From the IMG/VR virus record IMGVR_UViG_3300017724_000029: a stretch of 34,004 bases of DNA, one strand, 5' to 3'. Origin of the DNA: a virus. This document shows, piece after piece, positions 9,475 to 15,452 of the stretch (within the stretch, counting starts at the first letter, position 1; each line of letters opens with the position of its first letter). The translations under genes were made by a program, and so were the position numbers. Below the pieces are notes generated by a model. The model worked only from the letters and a program-made list of their open reading frames with translations, had not been told where the DNA came from and did no database searches.

Positions 9475-9513
9475 TTAATTACCCCCAACAGTTGAGTACC
9501 TAATTATTTTACT

Positions 9514-9702
9514 CTAATCCTCTGTTTTCTCAACATATTGTGGATTAGGGGTAAAAATAGACACACCATATAGTTCGTACTGGCGTAAATACCTGCGCAT
9601 TGTGTCGTAATGAACACCGAAAGCTTCGGACAAAGACCAGACATCTACACCCTTATCATAAAGGTCTTTAGCCTCTTCCATTTCTTGTTTAGAGAGCTTC
9701 AC
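9514..9702 (-). CDS. Small helix-turn-helix protein
   Basis: 62 aa. The segment WSLSEAFGVHYDTMRRYLRQY looks like a Hin/transposase-type HTH. Confidence 0.5.
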   Translation of the reverse strand: MKLSKQEMEEAKDLYDKGVDVWSLSEAFGVHYDTMRRYLRQYELYGVSIFTPNPQYVEKTED

Positions 9703-9871
9703 ACGTTACCCCTAGCTCTTTGTAGTCAGGCCACTTGCCATCACAGACCATCTCTTTGTAGAACAGCTCTTCCGCAAGCTCGTCTTCGTAGTCACCGTTA
9801 CCCACTATTCCGAGGGCGATCAAAAATATCACTAGCGCGATCAATGCCGCCTTCTTCTGCGATAAGTCCAT
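9689..9871 (-). CDS. Small single-pass membrane protein
   Basis: 60 aa with a hydrophobic helix (AALIALVIFLIALGIVG) followed by an acidic tail. A GGGAG Shine-Dalgarno lies 7 nt upstream. It overlaps the upstream gene by 74 nt in another frame. Confidence 0.5.
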   Translation of the reverse strand: MDLSQKKAALIALVIFLIALGIVGNGDYEDELAEELFYKEMVCDGKWPDYKELGVTCEAL

Positions 9872-10016
9872 GCCAATACTCCCTTAGCTTCTTGTTGTTT
9901 TTTAGCTTCTCGAACGCTTTACGCTCAATAACTTTAATGGTTTGACGACTAACACCTAGCGCCTCAGCAACTTCTGTGTAAGTCATGTGATGGTGTGGAT
10001 TTGCTGGCTTTGCCAT
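9798..10016 (-). CDS. Sigma-70 region 4 / LuxR-type HTH mini-protein
   Basis: 72 aa counted from the ATG at 10016; the track begins at an upstream TTG. MTYTEVAEALGVSRQTIKVIERKAFEKLK matches the region-4 HTH pattern. It is TAATG-coupled to the upstream micro-gene. Confidence 0.6.
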   Translation of the reverse strand: MAKPANPHHHMTYTEVAEALGVSRQTIKVIERKAFEKLKNNKKLREYWHGLIAEEGGIDRASDIFDRPRNSG

Positions 10017-10162
10017 TAATCTTCCCAAACCTCCATTGAGCCTTCGTTCATGTCACACAAGGTCAGGTCACCTGCCTTGTCAGCCTCTTCGTATGTCTCA
10101 TACTCAGGCTCAGACGTGTAAGCCTCGCCACCGTCACGACCAATGATTGTGTATCCCCACAT
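10016..10162 (-). CDS. 48-aa acidic protein (absent from the ORF track)
   Basis: Hand translation gives MWGYTIIGRDGGEAYTSEPEYETYEEADKAGDLTLCDMNEGSMEVWED. An AAGGGAG Shine-Dalgarno lies about 7 nt upstream. It is the first ORF after the 10.2-kb intergenic region. Confidence 0.5.
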   Translation of the reverse strand: MWGYTIIGRDGGEAYTSEPEYETYEEADKAGDLTLCDMNEGSMEVWED

Positions 10163-10211
10163 AATCTTCTCCCTTGGTTAGTGGCTGTGTCTCCAGCCGA
10201 TGTAGTTAAGT

Positions 10212-10248
10212 TAACAAGGGGTGTTATGTCGCACAAGGGGTTGCGACA
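10212..10248. promoter_or_regulatory. Inverted-repeat cluster in the 150-bp gap upstream of the late-junction genes
   Basis: Two elements are visible. One is the palindrome TAACAAGGGGTGTTA (10212..10226). The other is the perfect 7-bp inverted repeat TGTCGCA-N8-TGCGACA (10227..10248). ACAAGGGG occurs twice, and a T7G6 run follows at 10259..10271. Confidence 0.4.
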
Positions 10249-10313
10249 AATGTGACGCTTTTTTTGGGGGGCAGAAGGCTAGGGTGTATACCACCCGAGT
10301 TTGGCTCGCTTAA

Positions 10314-10508
10314 CTACCGAGTTGGGTAATGTTTTGCCATTTCAAGCGCACGCGCATTTTCTAGCTTGTTAACAGCGCATAGATCAAGGTACTCAGACTC
10401 AGTTAGACCTTTTAACCTCCCGACCAAAATACAAACTGTGTCGAGATTCTCTATGTGCTTATAGCCATTGCGAGTACAGAACATGGCACGCTTCACTTTC
10501 GTACACAT
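10314..10508 (-). CDS. Hypothetical protein
   Basis: 64 aa counted from the ATG at 10508, which has a GGAGGTGA Shine-Dalgarno 2 nt upstream (GGAGG core 5 nt upstream). The track start at 10520 has no Shine-Dalgarno. Confidence 0.55.
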   Translation of the reverse strand: MCTKVKRAMFCTRNGYKHIENLDTVCILVGRLKGLTESEYLDLCAVNKLENARALEMAKHYPTR

Positions 10509-10556
10509 AATCACCTCCATATAGGCAGGATCATTATATCACATATAGTGTTATTG

Positions 10557-10973
10557 CTACACGCCAGACAGGCGCTGCTCTTGTTCTTTGATGCGCTGCT
10601 TAAAGTCAGTAATTAGGTCTTCTAGGTCTATTCGGTTGTATTTCATTACCTGGCGTTTAGTCTCTGACAGCTCTCTTACCAACTCCATGCCATAAGTGTC
10701 GATCATAAACAGCGTGTACTGCTCGTGGCATCCTGACATAAAGCGGTTGCAGCCTTTGCACTGAGGATGGATGTTTTCCTCTGTTAGCAGGTGGGCTGAG
10801 TTGCGGCTGATCCAGTGACCACCGTCCATCTCTTTGTAATGGCCCATTTTTCCGCAAGTAACACACTCACAAAATCCGTTTTCATCTGCATACTTCATGC
10901 GTACCAGTTTTTGCAGCAAGGTAGCCGCTTCTTGTTTAAGCTTCGCTACTGTTTTGGGTTTCCGCTTGGCCAA
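10557..10973 (-). CDS. ninG: NinG/Rap-family recombination endonuclease
   Basis: 138 aa with a basic N-terminus, then CECVTCGK...GGHWISR...HPQCKGCN, which is the characteristic NinG Cys/His pattern. It uses a TTG start with an AAGGAAG Shine-Dalgarno. Confidence 0.8.
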   Translation of the reverse strand: MAKRKPKTVAKLKQEAATLLQKLVRMKYADENGFCECVTCGKMGHYKEMDGGHWISRNSAHLLTEENIHPQCKGCNRFMSGCHEQYTLFMIDTYGMELVRELSETKRQVMKYNRIDLEDLITDFKQRIKEQEQRLSGV

Positions 10974-11127
10974 TGGTGAACTTCCTTTCTCTTAAGATTG
11001 CTTTCTCGAAGTTACCACACTTACAAAGCCATCCACGAAGATAGCCAGGTTTTTTCAAAGTGAATAACGGCTCCATGCGCTCGTTGCATTTAGTGCATCG
11101 CCATTGCGGTATGCGTGATATAGTCAT
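10936..11127 (-). CDS. Possible zinc-ribbon protein
   Basis: 63 aa counted from an internal ATG. It has two Cys pairs, CTKC...CKC. The Shine-Dalgarno is weak, and it overlaps both neighbours by 38 nt. Confidence 0.35.
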   Translation of the reverse strand: MTISRIPQWRCTKCNERMEPLFTLKKPGYLRGWLCKCGNFEKAILRERKFTIGQAETQNSSEA

Positions 11128-11347
11128 CGATTGAATCCATGTCCTCACAAAGGGCCGAAAACCATATCTCGCCGAACTGATCGATATCCATGTCAATGGT
11201 AACCGGGTCAATGAATGGCGCTGAGTACACGTCCGTGTAGTCTGGGTTATCCCTGTTTGTTATGGCTCCGCCTATGTTTTTTATTAGTAATACGACCGAT
11301 CCCCCTCTTGCCAATGGCACATTGATTAGATCGATCATAGGCTGCAC
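11090..11347 (-). CDS. Hypothetical protein
   Basis: 85-aa ORF in the co-directional array. I see no recognisable motif. Confidence 0.5.
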   Translation of the reverse strand: MQPMIDLINVPLARGGSVVLLIKNIGGAITNRDNPDYTDVYSAPFIDPVTIDMDIDQFGEIWFSALCEDMDSIDDYITHTAMAMH

Positions 11348-11381
11348 CCTTTAAGTTTTATTTACAGCTCATTATACGTTT

Positions 11382-12542
11382 TTACTCCAAAGAATCGATG
11401 CCCACTTTGAATCGGCTGTGCTCTCCATAGTTTTTATCCAAGATAACGCAAGACATCGATCGAGCGGAGCCGTAGCCAGATGCTGAGTGGAAAGAATCGG
11501 GCGGACAGAGAACCCCAAAACTCTCCAGATGCAATCCGCCCAGCTCTGTTACTGTGCGGTGGTGGATATGACCGTGGTACAAATATCGATGCTTAGTACG
11601 TCCCCATTCCTCTGCATAGTCGCGAGTTACAGCCTCGTAAAGTGCCTGGGTCTTTACCCTGTCCCCGTGGTGCATAACAACAAGAGTCTTTCCCCACTCG
11701 AAATGTATCCATTTGCTGAAGTTGTCAAAGACCTTTACACGCGGTTCATTGTGGAAGTACAAGCGCATCATCTCATTCAGCCAGAGACTTGCATCAGGAT
11801 CATGGTTTCCACGGACGTTGATAAGCCATACCTCTGGGTGCGTTTCCAACATACGAGTGATTAAAACTTTAAATAGATTACCGACAACGCGAATGACCCG
11901 GCCCAATCTTCCGTCGACGTCAACGGGGGTGCCTTTTCCCGTCTTATTATCTGCGGTGTTTGCATGCAAAAAATCTCCGAGATTGATTAGCGCGCCAACT
12001 TGCGATTCATTAGATGCTGACACTAGCTTATCAACGGCCTTGATCAATACGTCTTGAGCAATGTTTGTATCCCAGTCATCGCCACCCGTCTCAGGGGACC
12101 AGCAGAGCGCGTTAAGATGGTGATCTCCAATTAAGTAGGCTGATAGCCTATCTTCGTTCTTTGTTGCTTCTGGAGCCTTTACGGGCTTGTGAAGGCCATC
12201 TATATCTTCAAGGAATCCAGCCTTGAATGCCTCAAGCGCGGCCTCAAGCATTGCCTCTCTGTCAGCGACAGACTTGACCCACTGGCCTGTAGGTTTCCCG
12301 TCGGAATCATAGTATGTTGAGACACCACGGATCTTGAAGACATCTGGGACCGTATGAACCATGTCGTGCTCTGGGGAATGACCTTGGATAGCGGCTTTGC
12401 GCTTTATATTTTTTATAGTGTCACGCGCGACCCACTTACTGACTCCAAGCTTGTCGCCGATTTTTTGATAGCCTAGCCCATCCTCATGCAGAGTAATTAC
12501 TTCGTGTTGACGTTTAGTTGTACAGTAATCAAGTAGGCTCAT
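11382..12542 (-). CDS. HTH (LuxR/sigma-r4 type) fused to a calcineurin-like metallophosphoesterase
   Basis: 386 aa. The N-terminus TKRQHEVITLHEDGLGYQKIGDKLGVSKWVARDTIKNIKRKA is an HTH. The C-terminal part carries the phosphoesterase motifs IGDHH, NLGDFLH, RGNHD, HHGD and GHIHH in canonical order. Confidence 0.8.
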   Translation of the reverse strand: MSLLDYCTTKRQHEVITLHEDGLGYQKIGDKLGVSKWVARDTIKNIKRKAAIQGHSPEHDMVHTVPDVFKIRGVSTYYDSDGKPTGQWVKSVADREAMLEAALEAFKAGFLEDIDGLHKPVKAPEATKNEDRLSAYLIGDHHLNALCWSPETGGDDWDTNIAQDVLIKAVDKLVSASNESQVGALINLGDFLHANTADNKTGKGTPVDVDGRLGRVIRVVGNLFKVLITRMLETHPEVWLINVRGNHDPDASLWLNEMMRLYFHNEPRVKVFDNFSKWIHFEWGKTLVVMHHGDRVKTQALYEAVTRDYAEEWGRTKHRYLYHGHIHHRTVTELGGLHLESFGVLCPPDSFHSASGYGSARSMSCVILDKNYGEHSRFKVGIDSLE

Positions 12543-12560
12543 GATTCCCCCCAGAATCTA

Positions 12561-12947
12561 TTACCCCCGACCAAATCTCACATCGATATCGTGAGTTTCA
12601 GCTAGGTGTTTGGCAATGACTCGAAACACGTCGTCTACATCGCGCATCTTTAGTTGCGTTACAGACTTCTTATCGAACAAAGCCTTTTGTACAGGACGCC
12701 ACATAATCTCCTTTACGAGCTTTCCTGTCGGTTCTATAGGCAAGGTTACAATGTGTTGCATATCATTCCCAGAAGCCGCTAGAGCGCGTGCTATGTCATC
12801 GCAATAAGCGTGTATAGCTTTCATCTGCTGTGAAGTTAGTTTTGGCTCTAGGATTTCGTACACCTTGCCAGAATTTTGATGTTTCATGATGTACTCGCAA
12901 AACTGCTGCGCCTGGTACTTGTTGTTAACAATCCATCGCTCGCTCAT
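12561..12947 (-). CDS. NinB/Orf-like recombination mediator
   Basis: 128 aa. LTSQQMKAIHAYCDDIARAL and SVTQLKMRDVDDVFRVIAKHLAETHDIDV align by eye with lambda NinB segments RSLDQNRKLWACLGDVSRQV and STSRMRVGEFAELLELIQAFG. Confidence 0.55.
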   Translation of the reverse strand: MSERWIVNNKYQAQQFCEYIMKHQNSGKVYEILEPKLTSQQMKAIHAYCDDIARALAASGNDMQHIVTLPIEPTGKLVKEIMWRPVQKALFDKKSVTQLKMRDVDDVFRVIAKHLAETHDIDVRFGRG

Positions 12948-12964
12948 TTAGGCACTCCCTCTAA

Positions 12965-13056
12965 CAAAGGTAAAAGCGAACAAAGGGATCAAAGCGGACA
13001 AACCGCATAGGTACGGGGTTTGCACGGTTTGCACGGTTTGTACGGTTTGTTGTTTG
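12965..13056. repeat. Dyad-symmetric pentamer array (candidate iterons, origin or multi-site operator)
   Basis: The left arm has five CAAAG/CAAAC/AAAAG units starting at 12965, 12972, 12981, 12990 and 12999. The right arm has five GTTTG units starting at 13018, 13027, 13036, 13045 and 13052. Every mirrored pair centres on 13010.5. The right arm includes the tandem repeat GGTTTGCAC GGTTTGCAC GGTTTGTAC. Confidence 0.75.
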
Positions 13057-13069
13057 TATAGGGGAGTGC

Positions 13070-13447
13070 TCAAGCTGTCACCCTCTCGCCATCAAACGTG
13101 ACGTACTGACCGTACTTTTCCAAGCAATGCGACCTGTAACTTTCTGACTTCATAAAATCGTGAGTGCAATCGTCTACGGTGCTCCAAGACTTCATACCGA
13201 TTTTACCATTATTTGTAGTCATTTTCTCTGCAAATGGCGACACGCCTCGTTCTTGCTGCGACGCCCTAGATATCCAGCCTGCCGCAAATCGCTTTCCATC
13301 CTTCTTTCTCTTCTTCGGATTAGCGTCACACCAAGCAGCCATTGCGCTTAATTCAGCAAACACGTCTACCTTTGGAAACGCATTCTGCCAATAAATGATC
13401 TGGGCATCATCAGGCTCGTAGTAAGTGCCATCAATCAAAATTATCAT
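13070..13447 (-). CDS. Hypothetical protein with a weak replisome-organiser-like motif
   Basis: 125 aa. YWQNAFPKVDVFAELSAMAAWCDANPKKRKKDGKRFAAGWISRA faintly recalls the C-terminal motifs of phage replication organisers. The gene lies directly upstream of the pentamer array. Confidence 0.35.
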   Translation of the reverse strand: MIILIDGTYYEPDDAQIIYWQNAFPKVDVFAELSAMAAWCDANPKKRKKDGKRFAAGWISRASQQERGVSPFAEKMTTNNGKIGMKSWSTVDDCTHDFMKSESYRSHCLEKYGQYVTFDGERVTA

Positions 13448-13658
13448 ATTCTACCCTCACAAACTCTAAAGTAGTTTCGTATGGCCTACCCATATCCTGC
13501 ATGGCCTCGCTATAGAGAGAAGTTAACTCATAAATCCAGTCCTTTAAGACATCGGCTCTCCATAAAGGGTAAATTTCATCCCACTCATGCTTTAGCTTTA
13601 TGTCGCCTTCTCCGGTTCCCCAGTTTGAGCGTAATCTCACATTTTCATCTAATTTCAT
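13431..13658 (-). CDS. Hypothetical protein
   Basis: 75 aa counted from the ATG at 13658, with a GGGAAG Shine-Dalgarno 8 nt upstream. It is the first gene after the 350-bp gap. Confidence 0.55.
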   Translation of the reverse strand: MKLDENVRLRSNWGTGEGDIKLKHEWDEIYPLWRADVLKDWIYELTSLYSEAMQDMGRPYETTLEFVRVEYDNFD

Positions 13659-13857
13659 AATCCACACTTCCCTTTTAATGCCGGAGCAAGCTCCAGCAAA
13701 TTAGTTAATTAGTAATGACGAGCTTTGATTACCGTATCGAATCTTGACATCTATTCCCTTTACCAGCTCTCGGCACAGGGAGGCGCATTATAGAGAGGGT
13801 CAACTCTGTCTCCGAGGTTCTTATGTTCCTCGGCCTAACGCCCGGTAATCTCTGACT

Positions 13858-13941
13858 AAAAAAGGAGGCATGAGTAGTCTTGGGGTGTCTAGGGGTGTCC
13901 AAGGACGTCCCGTCGTGTATACTACCCATGTCTTTTTTCTT
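13858..13941. promoter_or_regulatory. Long A-tract/hairpin/T-tract element that resembles a bidirectional terminator
   Basis: CATGAGTAGT (13869..13878) pairs with ACTACCCATG (13921..13930). The flanks AAAAAAGGAGG and TCTTTTTTCTT also pair. The loop holds an inner hairpin CTTGG...CCAAG, two GGGGTGTC repeats 10 bp apart (13882 and 13892) and the palindrome GGACGTCC (13903..13910). Confidence 0.4.
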
Positions 13942-13994
13942 GGTCGAGATAAGACTATCACTTAAATCCACCACGGTTCAAGTGACTCCCTTTG

Positions 13995-14023
13995 GCCCCT
14001 CAATCGAGGGGCTTTTTACTTTT
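13995..14023 (+). terminator. Canonical intrinsic-terminator shape, but oriented on the plus strand
   Basis: GCCCCTC-AATC-GAGGGGC (13995..14012) is followed by TTTTTACTTTT. On the coding (minus) strand the hairpin is followed by CAAAGGG, which is not a U-tract. No plus-strand gene or promoter is evident. Confidence 0.4.
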
Positions 14024-14225
14024 AGATAGACCACTCTGCAATCGTTACTGCGTCACCGTACCTGTTCATTACGGTTTTCAGCTCAGATCGAATCTTGTGG
14101 CCGTCTGCACGCAACTCACAGATACGAGCCGGGGTCTCTATAATCCCAAGCTCATCCCATGCATTCAATCGCGTTAGCTTCTTGCCACTATTAAGGTACG
14201 ACAACAATCTCTTCTTCTGGCTCAT
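14022..14225 (-). CDS. Winged-helix/HTH DNA-binding protein
   Basis: 67 aa counted from the ATG at 14225, with a GGGAGGA Shine-Dalgarno and an ATGA overlap with the upstream gene. LTRLNAWDELGIIETPARICELRADGHKI fits a small phage HTH family. Confidence 0.55.
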   Translation of the reverse strand: MSQKKRLLSYLNSGKKLTRLNAWDELGIIETPARICELRADGHKIRSELKTVMNRYGDAVTIAEWSI

Positions 14226-14440
14226 AGTTTTTCCTCCCAAGATAAAAACTCTTCTAAGTCCATGCCAAAATATTCGGCTATTTCGACTATACGACCCAGC
14301 CTCATGTCCTCAGACTTTTTCCATCGGTGAATGGTCATTGGTGTGACGCCCATCTTTTCAGCCATTACTTGACCTGCTGGATCGCCACACGATTTAAGCA
14401 AATCAGTGAGCTGATCGCCTACCTTAAAATGGGATGTCAT
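14222..14440 (-). CDS. XRE/Cro-type HTH transcriptional regulator
   Basis: 72 aa. QVMAEKMGVTPMTIHRWKKSEDMRLGRIVEIAEYFGMDLEEFL is a classic HTH_3 pattern. Confidence 0.75.
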   Translation of the reverse strand: MTSHFKVGDQLTDLLKSCGDPAGQVMAEKMGVTPMTIHRWKKSEDMRLGRIVEIAEYFGMDLEEFLSWEEKL

Positions 14441-14708
14441 CTTCTGGAAATCCTTGTGGTTGCGGCTCGGGTTGAGGTGCTAAGGCTTGTTTTGCTTGTT
14501 GAACTCCTTTCGCGGCTGCCTCGGCCCTACTCCATCCGCTAATCTTCATGTACTTATCACCGCTCTTGCCGGTGTTAATCCATACATTAAGACCATCCTC
14601 AGTGCCATCTGCGTGTTTATAACTGCCCTTATAATCGGGATCAGTCTCAGCGGCCTTCTCTTTGTTTTTAAACAGTGCGCCCTCGCGCGGTTTATTTTCA
14701 TACGGCAT
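14424..14708 (-). CDS. Small SSB-like protein carrying the SSB C-terminal tip DDIPF
   Basis: 94 aa. It ends ...PQPEPQPQGFPEDDIPF, a Pro/Gln linker followed by an acidic tip identical to the bacterial SSB tail. The N-terminus is GALFKNKEKAAETDPDYKGS...W...GDKYMKISG. It sits directly downstream of the annealing protein gene. Confidence 0.6.
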   Translation of the reverse strand: MPYENKPREGALFKNKEKAAETDPDYKGSYKHADGTEDGLNVWINTGKSGDKYMKISGWSRAEAAAKGVQQAKQALAPQPEPQPQGFPEDDIPF

Positions 14709-14712
14709 TGCC

Positions 14713-15450
14713 TTACTCCTTATTTGCTTTTGCGTTAATCATTACTTGCTTGTACTGCGACTTTACTTCGCTTGAAAGACGATCTTTTACGCACGCCCTT
14801 TCATAGTCCTCTAGCTCACCTTGCAACTGCTCGATAAACACCACGTCGCCATTGTGAACGGCCTCCGTTAGCTTCTCAGCGTAGTCGTCAAAGTTAGCGT
14901 GCATCTGCGTTACTAAATCACGAGTAAGCTGATGCGTTGCCGTCTTCTTGCCTTTCGGAGATCCCTCCTTAACGGCATTCATCTCTTCTTCACTAAGCTG
15001 GCTATACCACACCGCGCAGTTGTGTTTGTTCTCTTCATGCTGGCGTAAGAACTCCTCATACATAGCTGTATGATCAATCTCTTCAGCCGGTGGAAGATCC
15101 TCACCGCGATAAACGTACAAACCCAATCCGTGCATACTGATAGCCTTTGCAAAACAGCGTTGCATTGATGTGTTTAGTTGAAACACGTTTGGAATTTGAA
15201 TCGGCTTATTCTTATGGTCCAAGACCGGCAAATGAGCCTTATGAGACACGCCGCCGACAGTGACAGTGCAGAACACCATAACCTCACCGTTTGGCGTTGT
15301 GATCCAATCATGGTGCTCGTACGTCGCGTCAGGGCAATGCTCACACAACTTCTGCCAAGCAGACGCCCAGCTAATGTAAGACAGGTTTCCTTTCTTCTCG
15401 ATAAACTCGCCGCAGTCTACTTGCGACAAGAATTTGAAGGTGTTTTCCAT
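14713..15450 (-). CDS. Rad52-superfamily single-strand annealing protein (Sak3/DUF1071 type)
   Basis: 245 aa. The hallmarks are KKGNLSYISWASAWQKL..PDATYE, LPVLDHKNKPI, NTSMQRCFAKAISMHGLGLYVYRGEDLP. Confidence 0.85.
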   Translation of the reverse strand: MENTFKFLSQVDCGEFIEKKGNLSYISWASAWQKLCEHCPDATYEHHDWITTPNGEVMVFCTVTVGGVSHKAHLPVLDHKNKPIQIPNVFQLNTSMQRCFAKAISMHGLGLYVYRGEDLPPAEEIDHTAMYEEFLRQHEENKHNCAVWYSQLSEEEMNAVKEGSPKGKKTATHQLTRDLVTQMHANFDDYAEKLTEAVHNGDVVFIEQLQGELEDYERACVKDRLSSEVKSQYKQVMINAKANKE

Positions 15451-15452
15451 AA

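Noticed and set aside
10259-10271. A T7G6 homopolymer pair considered as a slipped-strand phase-variation site or as the T-tract of a plus-strand terminator.
   Set aside because: It is intergenic, so length changes would not shift a reading frame. The hairpin directly upstream (GCGACAAATGTGACGC) is weak, with 5 bp and a mismatch. I left it as part of the regulatory gap.
13870-13965. A plus-strand 31-codon ORF (MSSLGVSRGVQGRPVVYTTHVFFLGRDKTIT) preceded by AAGGAGG and followed by the plus-oriented terminator.
   Set aside because: The GGAGG ends only 1 nt before the ATG. The start codon is buried in the long hairpin stem. No plus-strand promoter is visible and the peptide has no recognisable features. 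It is mentioned under the 13.7-14.0 kb finding rather than called as a gene.
13729-13974. The 81-aa minus-strand ORF that fills the large intergenic gap.
   Set aside because: It has a GTG start with the nearest GGGAG 11 nt away. Its composition is atypical (Arg/Ser/Thr/Pro-rich). It runs straight through several strong hairpins. I treated the region as non-coding, although coding cannot be fully excluded without comparative data.
13975-13983. A GGTTCAAGT T-loop-like sequence, together with a wider search for tRNA or tmRNA in all intergenic gaps.
   Set aside because: The flanking bases cannot form a T-stem (CACGG versus GACTC), and no acceptor or anticodon arms could be drawn on either strand. 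No tRNA is supported.
14022-14440. A possible lysogeny switch, suggested by the Cro/XRE-type HTH and the second HTH gene.
   Set aside because: No integrase, excisionase, CI-like repressor with a peptidase domain, divergent promoter arrangement or attachment-site repeat is present. All genes are co-directional. The regulators are more likely lytic-cycle timers.
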